A stretch of DNA of 64,000 nt from Adineta vaga (GCA_021613535.1 CP075492.1:18786001-18850000); one strand, 5' to 3'; counted from the first letter of the stretch, positions 1-12,926 are shown. Made by a program: numbers and translations. The notes: generated by a model not told the origin, from the letters alone.

Positions 1-119
1 CATTACAAAAGAGTTATGAACTTCCTGATGGTCAGAGAATTACTATGAAAAATGAATGTTTTCGTTGTCCTGAAACTTTGTTTCAGCCAAGTCTTCTTAG
101 AATGGAGAGTGTGGGTGTG
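1..119 (+). pseudogene. Actin fragment, 3'-truncated at palindrome copy 1
   Basis: Translation from base 3 gives [39 protein letters not shown], matching actin [39 protein letters not shown]. No actin sequence follows the palindrome. Confidence 0.9.
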
Positions 120-194
120 AGGGTGTGTTTATAACGGCGACTGGGTTCACTCACCCACACTCACACCAAGTCTTCACACCCAAACCGTCAAGAT
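105..194. repeat. Telomere-like palindromic junction element, copy 1
   Basis: GAGAGTGTGGGTGTGAGGGTGTG...CACTCACCCACACTCACACC...CACACCCAAACCGTCAAGAT. Confidence 0.85.
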
Positions 195-634
195 TAGTTA
201 TTCATTCAAATATTCAATTGAATGAAAATTTAATTAAAGAACCGGCGATTTTTCTTACGGATTGTTTAATTGCTGCAACAATGAAATATTGTGATCAATC
301 GGAAAAAGTTTGTTTATTTTCTTTTCTTTAGAAAGGAGATGCAATATTTTACGAAATATCACGTCATATCAATTCAACAACCGAAAATTTAAATGTTATT
401 TTAGAAATTCATAAAGCAAAAAATATTCATCATTCTCGTTTATGTTCCCTTACCAATGGTTATCTTCCACCATTACATCGACAATTAATTTGTATTATGG
501 AGTCAATATATGAACAAGGTGAATCAGCACAAACTCGATATACACGTACACAAGGTCCTACTGGAGAATATGACAAATCAATGCCGTTTGTTGATATTCA
601 AAATAATGATTTGCACTCACCTCGATTGAAATAA
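193..634 (+). pseudogene. 3' fragment of an unidentified gene starting directly at the palindrome
   Basis: Frame RLVIHSNIQ...CDQSEK, then a short GT..AG or in-frame TAG segment (308-331), then KGDAIFYEISRH...DLHSPRLK* ending at 634. No start codon of its own. Confidence 0.5.
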
Positions 635-821
635 AGAAATTTTAATTTTTTTAAAGTAGTAAACAAGATTTTTATAATCATATTTTGTATGAAACACTTG
701 ACGCAAAGATGACTCTATAGTGATTAATCGAAGTTTTTCTTTCGCATCTTAATCAAGTACGATCGGTGTTTATCATTGTTTACGTCTGAAGACGGTTTTG
801 TACATATCATTATTGTACAAA

Positions 822-1220
822 ATGTCCGACGAAGAGGCATACAGTCTTGCAGATGCGAATAACAAAGTTCTTCAAGATATGATAAAATGTGCTGAACAAC
901 AGAGACGCAGTGGTGCATCTAGTGAAGCTATGGCATGGGCGATCGAGATTTTAAGAAAATGGCAAATGCGATTTATAATCAATGGTAATTTGCCAAATGA
1001 AAAGTTAAAACAATGAGCACATTTCGGTTGTGAAGTTCATTGGAATACAGAAAGAATTCTTTCTACGGACAAATGGCTTTCAGATGGTCTCTTAAAAACT
1101 GGAAGACCAACTGATCGAGGTGGCAAACTTGAAAAATTTCAAACAGGCCATGAAGGAAAAGATTTTGATAATAAAAGTTATGCTCCATGGAAATCGATAT
1201 CAAAAAAATATACATATTAA
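822..1220 (+). pseudogene. Hypothetical 132-codon gene with one in-frame TGA (1014-1016)
   Basis: MSDEEAYSLA...EKLKQ* continues in the same frame as AHFGCEVHWNTERILSTDKW...KKYTY*. Confidence 0.55.
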
Positions 1221-1541
1221 TTTCACTATTTTTTTTGTTATTCTATACTTCTTACACAAGAAAATAATCCTCTTGGAGACTGAAACTCAATCGAGTGATT
1301 TTTGTGGTCAGTTTAGTTTTTACGACACTTATCTTCATTGTTAAGCGGTAAACAACGCGATACAGAAAGAATGACCTCTTCTTTTTCATTTCGTTACCGA
1401 TCGTCAACAGAGATAATGAAACAAATAAACTCATTGTCTTCATCGATGATATCGGTCAAACAGAAGATGATATGAATATATCAACATTTCTGTATTCGAA
1501 TTCATAAGTAAAGAATTGTCTAGATAAATCATCCAATAAAA

Positions 1542-3251
1542 ATGAACCAATCAATTGTTCAATTGGACGATTTACCTGATGAAATTCTTATAATCATTTT
1601 GAAAAAATTATGGAATCTAAGAGTACTCTATTCTTTAATAGGTATTAATAAAAAATTGGACAGACTTGCATGTGATCCAGGTTTTACGAAGTATTTATCA
1701 TTGGTCAATGGATCATCGGATGATTCAGTCTGTCCATTACCGGATATAGTTCTAAATCGATTTTGTTCACAAATTCTACCTAAAATTCATCATCATATTC
1801 AACAACTTGACCTGGAATCATCAACTATGGAACGTATACTTTCTACGACAAGCTATCCTAATTTGCATAGCCTTCGTTTATTCAAACTTCATTCAAAAAC
1901 AGCTGCATCACTTTTCACAAGTAAGACATAGCAGGATAATTAATGGATTTGATAAATATATTCTTTTTAGATCATCAATCTGCTTTATCTCATATGGATC
2001 CAAATCAAATCGATTCACTTACTATTGACATTAATCAATATGAAGACAAATGTAGATATTCAAATGTAAATTTATTGATATTTACACATATTTTAACAAT
2101 ATTTTCTAAGTTAAAATACCTCAACTTTGGTTTATTTTTCGATTCGTTCCAGCGATTGTCCTTTGGCAATTCACCACCTGCAACTATTTTTTCATCAACT
2201 CTGTTAGAATTGCATGTATCTCTGATTGATTTGACTGATTGTCTTTATCTACTTGATGGACGCTTTAGTCAACTACATACACTTCGTGTTAAAACCGTAC
2301 ATGATCATTCTACACATACAATACTCAATAATAAGGTAAACTAGAACTATTTCCAGTGATATTATTTATTCGAATTAAATCATTAATATATTTAGGAGAA
2401 ATTACTGAATTTAAAATATTTCTCGTTGGAACATGGATCTGATACAGATTCATATGATAATTTAATTATACCACTTCTACAGCGAATGATTAATTTAGAA
2501 GAATTGACTTTATATCTTATAATTGTTGATAAACAAACATTAATCGATGGTGTTGATATAAAGAAAAATATTCTTGATCATATGTCTCGATTGAAAAAAT
2601 TTTCATTTCCTATTCGTTCAAATATTTATCTTAATAATGAAATTCATTTGCCATCCAATGATGATATTCAAAATACATTCAAAGATTTTGAAAATAATGA
2701 AATTATCATTTCGTATATTGATTGTTTAATAAGTAAAAATGTTGAATGTTTCATTTATTCATATCCATATAGAAGAAGAAAATACGAGAGAATTACGAAT
2801 AATTTCGTTTTTAAATCTTTTTCATATGTTCGTGAAATCTCATTATTCGATAAACAACCGTTCGAACATAAATTTCTTCTTCGAGTAGCGCAAGCATTTC
2901 CAAATGTGAAGATATTAAGATTAGAAAATGAAGAACCTCAAAAAAAAGAATCATCATGATTCTTCAATAAGCAAATATCTTCATCTAACTGAACTTCATC
3001 TACTTGAAGCTCATGATGATTATATCGAAGAATTTCTCATTGATTCGGTGACATTTTTACCGAATACTGTTGATCTTATTGTCGAATATGAAGCAATAAA
3101 AAGAGTGACAGAAAATTTTACAAGAACTGCAACAAAAATCAATTGTTCTAGATTCATTCGTTTACAACTTTATGTACCTGATGATGATGATATAAATTTA
3201 GATGATATTCAACATTATTTTTCTCGCGCAAAAATGCTTTCTTATGAGTAA
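1542..3251 (+). pseudogene. F-box/LRR-type protein (3 exons) with a frameshift in an A-run near 2940
   Basis: N-terminal F-box LDDLPDEILIIILKKL. Family motifs DCLYLLDGR and FEHKFLLRVAQAFP are shared with the paralog at 30657. Introns 1921-1970 and 2336-2395 splice in frame. Confidence 0.85.
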
Positions 3252-3989
3252 ACGTTCATGTCAAATTATTTTTTTGTGGAAGAAAGAAAATATACGGAAA
3301 AAAATAAATGTTTTTTCCTATTGAATCGAAAAGAAACTAGATAAACTTAATTTATATATAGTACTACAGAAACATTTTTATCGTCAAAGTACGCTGATTA
3401 ATATATATTGATCCATCTTGAGTTGTTCATCTTGATTTAAAAAAAAATCGCGTGATAATGTTGCTACATATGTAGTTAGTATAACGTGATGCTGTTTTGG
3501 TTGAATTTTATCCTGATATAGTTGGATCAAGTTCGATAAATCGTGCACTCGATTCATAATCTACAAAATAAAGTTTAAGTAAATTTCTATTCTTACTATC
3601 GACCAGACTCGTGTTTCATTCGAAATTTTCTCTTTTTCTGTTCGATCTCGTCGTATCCTGCACGTGCTATTACATTATTTAGATGCAAGGAAAAGAAAAA
3701 AAAATTAACGAAATTCCATTCATTCTTTTCTAGTAAAGAATGTATATATATGTACATGTCTGGATTCTTATTCAAACTTGACCTGGAATGACGAGTTGAT
3801 AAAAGAAGATCAAATTGTTGTTTGTTTAACCTTTCTTTCTGTAGAAATACATGACAGTTTCTGTTCACATTCATTTGACTTTTTGTTTAAATAAATTCCT
3901 TTTCATTTTTTTATTGAATTAAAATAATAAAAATATAAATGAACAAAAAAGAAGAATTTTTCGAAGAAAAAAAACTGCTTAACCAAAAG

Positions 3990-4081
3990 TTGAGGGTGTG
4001 TGTGGGTGTGGGTTGTGTCTCTTTCATCCTTGAGGGTGTGGGTGTGGATACCTTCTTCAAGCCTCAGCCACACTCACCCCA
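3990..4081. repeat. Palindromic junction element, copy 2 (doubled left arm)
   Basis: TTGAGGGTGTGTGTGGGTGTGGG...CTTGAGGGTGTGGGTGTGG...CCACACTCACCCCA. Confidence 0.85.
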
Positions 4082-4219
4082 ATACCAAATACATTGAATA
4101 AAATAACGCGCACAAGAGCGCAAGCCAGTAAAAATTGAAATCGAATTTATTTTGATGAAAAAAGTTAACCAAACATAAGAACAGAGTAGAAGCAAGACAA
4201 ACAAATTTTTACGTATTTC

Positions 4220-4820
4220 TTAATTAATTAGTTCCAGTTGATCACTGCCCAACAATCGAATCAGACCATAGTGTTCAAGTGTTTTAAGAGCAAGGATATC
4301 GGCTTCGTCTTTATCAGTTAATTTCTTTGCTGCCTTGCGTGCATTTAGAAAACAGTGTAATGCTCCCGCTGCGATAAATGGGCCAAGTATCGGTATGAAA
4401 ATACCGGCAGCTACAAGTGGTATGGCATAAGAAAGTGATATGCTGTTAGTATCAACTTGATATTGTTGAGTGATATCGATCATAACAAAGTCACACACAG
4501 GCTTATCATTCGATGAGTATAAAGAATAGACACCCAAGCATGCTCGCATCTAAAAGTTTTTGAAAATAGCAAATTGTCTTTTTCTTTTCTAGACATCTAA
4601 CAAGGAAATGTATTTGGGATTTCAGACTGTTTGATTTCATCATTTGCTCACATGTATACATATACCCTGATGATATATGAGAGCGTCCCGTCGGGTTTGA
4701 ACTACGTAGTAGTTCAATGGTGCTGAGACATCTTGAATTTTATGACATTCTATAGCTGAGTGGTATATGTTCAAGACTTCTGATCGATGGTTCACATGTT
4801 CAAATCTGCTTCTCATCATA
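4220..4820 (-). CDS. Hypothetical membrane protein, possibly decayed
   Basis: ORF 4220-4549 has a hydrophobic segment (YAIPLVAAGIFIPILGPFIAAGAL). An upstream open frame reaches ~4820, but the splice phase could not be resolved. Confidence 0.4.
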
Positions 4821-4944
4821 TAAGTTAAAAATTCAGTTCATTCGCCAAAGTAGGCTAAGACGATCAGGACATGACTGTGATGGCAACTCTGTTCGAATCT
4901 GAGATGAATTGATCGATTTTTTGCCTAATTTTTAAATTTAGTTA

Positions 4945-5120
4945 AAACGCGTCTAGACGCACTTAGTACGCAATCGCATTCAGATGCAGTTAGTTTGAAT
5001 CGCATCCACACGCCCCAATTGTTTCACCAAGGACGCGTCAAGACGCGAACAGTTGCTTCGGGTTAGACGCGTTCGGCACGCGGTCGAAACGCGTCTTGAC
5101 CCAAAAAATGTTTACATGGG
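4945..5120. repeat. GACGCG-rich repeat remnant ending in TTTACATGGG (possible DNA transposon end)
   Basis: Clustered ACGCGTC/GACGCG motifs in AT-rich context. The reverse-complemented end CCCATGTAAA also occurs at ~35574. Confidence 0.35.
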
Positions 5121-5695
5121 TTGGAAATGATCGAGATATCCAAATATTTCATGGAAAATTTCATTGGCAAGATCTTCAATTTGCATTTTTTCCATGCTAA
5201 TATCAATAAAAGAATATTAAATTTATTTCAACTATTAGAAAAGTTAAGATAAGAAAATTACAACCTACAGTTGCTAAAAACCAATCTATGTGTGTTTTTT
5301 TATCCTTTTCACATGTCCAAAGAAGAGAAACAAAATTCTTGTTTTTCGTTTTCTTGTTGATAATATATGGATACTTATCTTGAAAGTACGTGGATCAAGC
5401 TAATATAGCGACCTCTCTGTTATATTAGAATTTCATTTTTATTCGTTGAATCACAGTATTTTTCTGACTAATAAAACAATAAATAAATGAAGAAGCATCG
5501 AATTTTATCTGAGAGTATGTGGATGAAACTGAAAATCACTTATCTTCGAGCCAACATTCGCTAACAATAATAGTTTAATAGAGAGTATCTTAGACTTAGA
5601 CTATTAAATAAACTGTCGGAAAATCAATTAGAAAAAAATGAACAAACATCTTTATCTTCCCGAGTAAAAACAATATTTGGTAGCAAGCACACATT

Positions 5696-5864
5696 CTACA
5701 ATGTACAGTCACAGTCATTACAATCATATTCACAACATGAACAGCAATCATGGTCATTTGTATCCTGTACATTATGATTGCCAAGCTGACAAAAACACCA
5801 GTAACAACAACAACAATCCGATGATAAGCAATTTGTGGTTTGTGAGTGATAATTCGAATTGTTT
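5696..5864 (-). pseudogene. Cys-rich terminal exon fragment
   Basis: Minus frame reads ...TTNCLSSDCCCCYWCFCQLGNHNVQDTNDHDCCSCCEYDCNDCDCTL*. The upstream region is occupied by repeats. Confidence 0.4.
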
Positions 5865-6083
5865 CATAACTTTGAAAATGACATATTTTTGTCTACTCAA
5901 AAAGTGAGTACACTACTCGAATCGGTCAGTATGTCCGCCCGGCCGTTAACACGATAACTTTCGAAAGAGGAATCACACTGAGGTGAAATTTCCTACACAG
6001 TTTAGTCTCATTGATATCTCGGTCGAGTTCGAAGATGAGCTCAATCGGTTGTACCATTGCTGAGTTATAAAAGAAACTTTCAG

Positions 6084-6495
6084 ATGTATATATATATAAA
6101 GAAGAGTGTTTGTCTGCCTGTCTGTTCGCTATGCATTCAGTCACTGTTATAGCTACGGTCACCAACCTTTCCACAGTGGTAGCTTAGGTCCAGAGAAAAA
6201 TCATGAGGGGGTTAGCGCGACCATTTGGGGGTGGGGGAGGGCGGCCTGGGTGGAATTTCACCCAGGTGGTATTGTGATAGCTAATGTCGTCAAACTTCTC
6301 ATGACAGCTCACTAAGTCTAATGGAAGGTAGAGAGGAGGTTGGCGACAATGATGGGGGGTTAGGATGGGGTGTCTTGAGGGTGAAATTTCACCCAGGTAG
6401 TTATGTGATAGCTAAGGTCACCAAAATGTCCTTGAAACTTCCGTATGCACAGGGGAAAGTCAAGAGGGTGTGGAAAACGGAAGGTGATTGACATT
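6084..6495 (+). mobile_element. Non-autonomous Helitron-like element, 5' part (same family as 44490-45639)
   Basis: TATATATAAAGAAGA-(GTCT)n-TTCGCTATGCATTCAGTC head is shared with 44490 and 45135. Contains ~135-bp subrepeats carrying the palindrome GGGTGAAATTTCACCC. Confidence 0.7.
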
Positions 6496-6553
6496 TAATT
6501 CAATTTAGAGCAGCTCATTTGATCGATCTTTAGGATATCTATGTATTACTATA

Positions 6554-6628
6554 TTGAGGGTGTGGGTGAGAGTTCTCCTATCTTCTGTCACCCACACCAA
6601 CCCTCACCCACACCCACACCCTCAAGAT
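6554..6628. repeat. Palindromic junction element, copy 3
   Basis: TTGAGGGTGTGGGTGAGAG...TCACCCACACCAACCCTCACCCACACCCACACCCTCAAGAT. Confidence 0.9.
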
Positions 6629-7638
6629 AAATTCTATACTTTAATTAATCAATTAGGACATGTTGCATATGGATCTGTTTGGAAATCAATGACACAAAAT
6701 GGTAAAAAGTCTGATTAATTTCAAGAGATATTTATTTATTATTTAGGTAATCAAGTTGCTGTAAAAGTATTTGATTTTAATCGTACGCGAAATCATCTAA
6801 GTGCAATGCATCGTTTAAACTCGTATCGAATTGAAATTAAAGTAGCTGAAAGAATGCTCAATGAAACTGAACATGTTGTAACAATGTATGGTTATGAATA
6901 CGTTCCAAAATATGGTGTTGCTTTTATCGTTATGGAATTAGCTGATGAATCATTTTCAGATCGAATCAAAAATCTTCATTTAAAATCAAGATTTTCTTTT
7001 TCTGATGATTATATTCTAGGAAATGAACGACAAAATATATGGATTCAATTAGTTAATATTGTTCTTACACTTCATCGATATGGTTTTGTATGTTAATCAT
7101 ATAAGTAAATATTTCTTTTTATATTTCATATAGAAAAGATGAAATTTTATTCGAATTTTTCTCATAGATTCATCGTGATATAAAACCAGCTAATTTATTA
7201 TTTTTTGGTCCAAATTTAAAAGTTATTGATTTTGGTATTGCAATAGATGAACATGATAGGTAATTCAAATTTTTATTATGTTTTACTTCGTTTATTATTT
7301 CTGTTCTTTTTTCCTAAAGATATAATCGATATCAAGGAACAGGTGGAACACGTCTTTATAGTGCACCAGAATGTTTTTAGGGTGGATTTCTAATAACATC
7401 ACAAGCTGATATATGTTCAATTGGTGCTATCTTATATTTAATTACTTATGGAACAGGACCATTATATGAAAGTTCTCGACCGCCTGTTGGTTCTCGTCCA
7501 ACAAGTTCGAGTATTGTTCAAGATGTTCTTTATTATTGTCTTCAACGAAATCCATATCGAAGAGAAGATCATCAATGGATTAGTGAACATCCTTTAACAA
7601 GATCCGATCTAAAATTTGAATTGGACTTTTTTTTATAA
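6623..7638 (+). pseudogene. Ser/Thr protein kinase, 5'-truncated at the palindrome, with in-frame TAG at 7378-7380
   Basis: Spliced exons give YTLINQLGHVAYGSVW, VAVK, HRDIKPANLL, DFG and GTRLYSAPE. The frame runs upstream straight into the palindrome arm with no ATG. Confidence 0.85.
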
Positions 7639-8009
7639 CATTATATAAACGAAAATTTATACATTTATTGCATGATTAATAAATTGAATTGACATGTCGG
7701 ATTAGTGAGGAAAAAAATGATGTTTTCATACAGATGTGGTGTTGCTATTTTGGAAGATCAAACAAAACACTCATTAGTATTTTCTGTTTTCGATGTAGTT
7801 TATTACAATGTTATTTATAAATCAGCAATTTACCTTTGAATTTATTCGGAGATATTATCAAAAAATCATGAATCTGTTTGTATAGATGAATGATTCCAAA
7901 TAAAAAGAACAATTCTGTCAATCTCTAGTCAATTCACGAGCTTTTAACATATTTGCTTTTGTATTCATAGCATACTTCATTAAATTATTTTTATATTTAG
8001 AAATGCATA

Positions 8010-8621
8010 CGCTTGTCAATAAGTTCTCGTAATAAGACTCTCATTCTATAAAAAAACAAAATGCTTTAGGAAACTTTCTTTATATAAATTCTGATAGAGA
8101 AAAGAATGCTCTATTTTTCTATGCTGTTTGATCATACTTCAACTGAAACTAGAATAATGATATTTCAATAAGACTGCTTATTTGTCGAAGCCTCCTGGTT
8201 AAACAGTGACTGGCTTTTAAAAAAATGAAGAAGTATTTTTCGAATAAGTTTTGATAGGAACGATATAGAAAGGTGTAGTTTTGATTGTTAAAGAGAATAA
8301 GTAAAGGCGCACCGAATCACGCAAATCTTTGTATTTTGTGTATCAATTTCTAAAGTATTTTCATTCGGTTTCCTATTAAAAGTTATTCAAAAAATACTTC
8401 TTCTTTTGTTTTAAAAGCCAGTCACTGTTTAACCAGGAGGCTTCCACAGAGAAGTAGCCTTATTGAAATATCATTATTCTAGTTTCAGTTGAAGTATGAT
8501 CAAACAGCATAGAAAAATAGAGCATTCTTTTCTCTATCAGAATTTATATAAAGAAAGTTTCCTAAAGCATTTTGTTTTTTTATAGAATGAGAGTCTTATT
8601 ACGAGAACTTATTGACAACCC
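8010..8621. mobile_element. Foldback MITE with ~250-bp terminal inverted repeats, TA-flanked (Tc1/mariner-like)
   Basis: 8013-~8270 is the near-perfect reverse complement of ~8350-8618 (TTGTCAATAAGTTCTCGTAATAAGACTC... / ...GAGTCTTATTACGAGAACTTATTGACAA). TA at 8008-8009 and 8622-8623. Confidence 0.85.
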
Positions 8622-9096
8622 TATGTAGATTAAAGAAAAGGAAATTTCGTTTTTGTTAGAAATATGTCGCCTATTATTTTTTTGAAAATAGCAGAAAGGT
8701 GTTGTTAAGAACTATTTGTGATCAAAACTCATCTGCAAGTAAACGAATTTGTCAGATGAATGTGACAAAAGATTTAGGTTAAAATTCAATATCTCAGCTA
8801 AATCAGAGTTTGCATTCATTTTCTTTTACAGTTATCAGAGTCTATACATCGCTTACTGGTCGACGAAATTCGAGGTCAAATAGAGCTGCGCGTAATTGTT
8901 ATTCCTACATTTGAAGGTTCATTATTTTACTGTTTGATACAATCGTCGAGATATCTCATATGGTTTTCTATTTTGAAAGTGATTCTGACATTCTGTCTCC
9001 CGCAAAATATTTCATTACTTATAAATATATATGACATAGATTAAATGCATAGTACATTTTGTAAAAAAATATTGTAAAAGTCGAACAAGAATACTA

Positions 9097-10216
9097 ATGG
9101 CAGCTACTACAAATGAAACTTTATTTAATCAAAATACATCAGTTGTCGATCGTTCAATTGCATTCTGGATTTATTTAATTATATTTATTTTATCAGTTTG
9201 TTGTTCTTTGTTTATTTTTTTACAATTTATTCTCAAACGTTCTCTAAGAACCAAAATTCATAATCATATTATATTGTGTATACTAATCTGTAGTTTTTTA
9301 CAGGTATAATATTGAAGTTCTCTAAAAAAAAGAAAAAAAGATTAAAATTTGAATTAAATTTTTTTAGGTTATCAGTGAAGTACCACTTGTTCTTGTTAAT
9401 TTTCGAACAAATTATGTTTTAATTCAATCCGATACATTTTGTACAATATGGTGTTATATTGATTATGTATTTAATGTTATTATTCTTATGCTTATATGTT
9501 ATGGTTCAATTGAACGTTATTTACTTGTATTTCATAATCATTTTCTTTTACGTCATTTAATATTATTTCATTATTTACCAATTCTAATTTGTATTATATA
9601 TCCATTTTTATTTTATTTTGGATTTATTTTCTTTTATCCATGTGTAAATCAATATGATTATACAAAAATAACATGTCAAGGGCCCTGTTATCTTTTTGAA
9701 CGAATTCCAGGTTCAATTGATTTATTAATAAATTTGACATTGCCTTTATCTTTATGTATATTAACAAATATAATACTTTTTTGTCGTGTTATTCATCAAA
9801 AACATCGTATGAAACAACAACAAAAATGGAAAAAAAATCGACATCTTGTTATGCAATTAATGTCGGTTATTATTATTCATAATTTAGTTTGGATTCCTAT
9901 TATAATATGTCTTTTAATAACACTTTTTGCTCCAGTAGTTGAACAAATTCTAATTGATTTAAGTGTTAATCTTTTTACATATAGTATTTATATTGTTATC
10001 ATGGTCTGCCCATTTACTTCATTATTAGGACTTTCTGGTTTGGGAGAAAGCTTAATTCCACGATTTTTGGTATTAAATCGAGGTCAAAATACAGTGCAAC
10101 CAGCAGTACATCTACCTTTAATGACAATATCTAGAGTATTACATATCCACAAGTCAAATAATCAATCGAAAAGAGAAAATATTCTCAACATTCCTAATAC
10201 TAATGGACAGACATAA
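9097..10216 (+). CDS. Rhodopsin-like orphan 7TM GPCR (2 exons, intron 9304-9367)
   Basis: Seven hydrophobic segments, SIERY (DRY-like) motif, in-frame splice. Confidence 0.85.
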
Positions 10217-10345
10217 AATATGTAATTAAATCTATTGTTTTCTGTTGTAACGAATAATTATAAATAAATTCTATGCTATATCTATGATGAAATATTCGTT
10301 CATTTTATTGATGTTTATTATTATCAATACAATAAATGGTTTGTT

Positions 10346-10403
10346 TGTGGGTGGGGTTGAGGGTGAATGAGTCGTCTCTCTATACCCACACACACTCATA
10401 TCC
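10346..10403. repeat. Palindromic junction element, copy 4 (loop shared with copy 10)
   Basis: TGTGGGTGGGGTTGAGGGTGAATGAGTCGTCTCTCTATACCCACACACACTCA. Confidence 0.75.
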
Positions 10404-10790
10404 TTTTGTAGAATATAGATAGAATTTCTACTTACGAAATTTTTTACAGTTAATTTATTTTGAAATAAAAGATATATTTCAAGTTTAGTACAAAAATGGA
10501 ATTAATTGAACGGAATTTTGAATTCGATTTTGGATCGAAGAGAAATATTAGTTTGTTGTTTATTACTTCCAATGCTTATTTATTGTTTTTTTATTTATTT
10601 TGGTTTTACAAGTTTTTTACCAGAGAATTTTTTACGACATTCAGTTTTGTCTCATATTGATTTCAATCAAATTGAATATTTAAAGATTTCCTTCGACTTC
10701 ATATCGTTGATTGAAACGTATTCAACATCATATATGTCAAAACTTTGCACTTTACATTTTCAACGCACTAATGAATGTATAAAAGAATTA

Positions 10791-10854
10791 TAAGGATATG
10801 GTGTGTTTCGTATCATTAAAAGCATCTTAATTCTCACTCGCACATCCTCAAGAT
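10791..10854. repeat. Palindromic junction element, copy 5 (degenerate)
   Basis: TAAGGATATGGTGTGT...CTCACTCGCACATCCTCAAGAT. Confidence 0.55.
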
Positions 10855-11513
10855 CAAGGATCTGCTTTTTTACCCTTGGATGTTTAGTATTCAAGTTTTT
10901 TATTAGAAAATGGAAAAGATTCGCCAACAAATTACAGTATTTATGGATCAGACAAGACATCTGTTATTTCCTGGGTGATAATATTGGTAAATGTCTCTCT
11001 GAAATTATCAGGAATCGAATTTTAAGTTTCATTGATGATTAAATTTTGTTTTTCTAGTGATTTCAGATGAAATAATGGATTTTGGTCAAGAAGATCGACG
11101 AAAATATATTGTTTCGTTTCTTTGTCAATCATATCAATAAACTGAATATTATTCACATGAATTGTATTACTGCCCGGTTCAATACATAAATAAATCGTAC
11201 ACATAGTGATAAGAACCTTGAGTTTTTTCACCAATCGATCAATTAGATGAACAACATTTGTCATTCTTCCATGTATAACCAAAAAAAGTTTTAACTGATC
11301 AAGGAATACCAGATCATACATGCATCTTTTATAACTACGTCATATAAGAAAACAATTATTGCTTCCATCTCTTGTCGTCATACCATCTATTGATATATCT
11401 TCTCACAGATAGTCCTTAATTTCCTATAAATGGAAGTCGAAGAATAGTTCTTGAGTGAACTGTATCATACCATTCGGAAATAATTTGAAGCGATTTGCAT
11501 ATCGTGTGAAAAA

Positions 11514-11582
11514 AGGGTGTGGGTGTGGGGTAGCCGAAAAACGAAGCAATTCACACTCACTCCACACCCACACCCTCAAGAT
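11514..11582. repeat. Palindromic junction element, copy 6
   Basis: AGGGTGTGGGTGTGGGG...CACACTCACTCCACACCCACACCCTCAAGAT. Confidence 0.9.
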
Positions 11583-12332
11583 GGCGAAGGAGAATCTTTC
11601 CATGGTGTAATAACATCCGAAAACATACCCACGTTGGGAAATTGTGTCATTGTCGAAACAGATCGGGTTTCATGCATTTTGGCCTTTGGTAAAACATCAA
11701 ATGGGACATTTGATATTTCGGTTGCAGTTGATAATGATTTCTAAATGGATACAGACTTCGTTGTTACGCAGTTGACGATTTTGCCGAAAGAAGCTAGTAG
11801 TTCATTTGTGACGTTTCACTGTATCTCAAATGAATGTAATGATCCGAAGAAACTAAAGGTACTGCTGAAATCCGCAAAAATTGAGTTTGGAGATACTTAT
11901 AATCTACAATCAGTCCTATGCTCAAACACTGCTCAAACAGGATTTCAGTTACAATGTCTCACCTTTTCTAACGGTACGGAATGGGAATGCAATCAACCAC
12001 TATTTCCGAGCCTCGAGTGTGAGCATTGTGAGCTCAAAATCAGAAATACAGAGATATGTTCAACTTGTTCTTTACGTCGTGATTCTACCTGTATATTCGA
12101 CGAACATAAATACTATCTTTTGAACAACAGAACGACTAATTATTATTTGTATGTACATTGTAATACATCTCGATGCAATCACTTCGAATCAATCAAGAAA
12201 GTCCAATCTATGTATCAATTAGAATTTGATATAAACAGTTTTTTAGAATCATATTCAATGGCCACATTATTTACTATTCAAAAAACTATTGTTTTCTCAG
12301 TTGTTATTTTCACCATGCTAGTGTCCCTTTAG
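11580..12332 (+). pseudogene. Cys-rich surface protein with C-terminal hydrophobic (GPI-like) tail, 5'-truncated, in-frame TAA at 11742-11744
   Basis: ORFs 11517-11744 and 11745-12332 are in one frame. There is no signal peptide because the frame begins in the palindrome arm. Confidence 0.65.
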
Positions 12333-12926
12333 AAAAACATCTAATTATTTAATTAATCACACGGACCTGAACTATATTCCTCAGAATTCGTTTTTTTCGA
12401 TTCTCAGTGATGGTTGGATATTAGAAAACAAGAATCAATTATGAATAAATTTATACGATAAACGAGAAATTAATGCCATATTTTTTAGAATGTTGTATCT
12501 TCTAACAACAGACCGGTTTGCGTCGAGGGTGAGAAGAATAATGAGACCTATACTCTCACGAATTTCCCCTACGTAATATTCTTCAAAGAATGATTTTTTC
12601 AATCTTCTTCCAGTATCTTTTTTGCTTCTTGTTGAATCGCAAACTGAACAAATTTTTGAGTTGATTTGTGTGGAATACAATCTCATCGATGATAGGTTTG
12701 TATCTCGGAGAATTAAATCGAATCAACATTGTGGATATCTTTCTTTAATATTTACCTACACGCACTCTCAAGTTTTGTTTTCAAGGAAAAACTACGTTTA
12801 TTTAAATATATATTTTATAGTATGAACGATACATAACAATAGTAAGAATTTCAATAGTAAAGACGATCAATCAAAAAGAAATTAAATATTAGAACATTGC
12901 AGAGCATTATTACTACAACTCAGAAT

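Noticed and set aside
5887-6080. Possible Helentron/DINE-like non-autonomous element
   Set aside because: The resemblance is only by general style, and no termini or second copy could be defined in the window.
10506-11510. Several overlapping short ORFs
   Set aside because: Probably a decayed minus-strand gene with many stops; no family recognisable.
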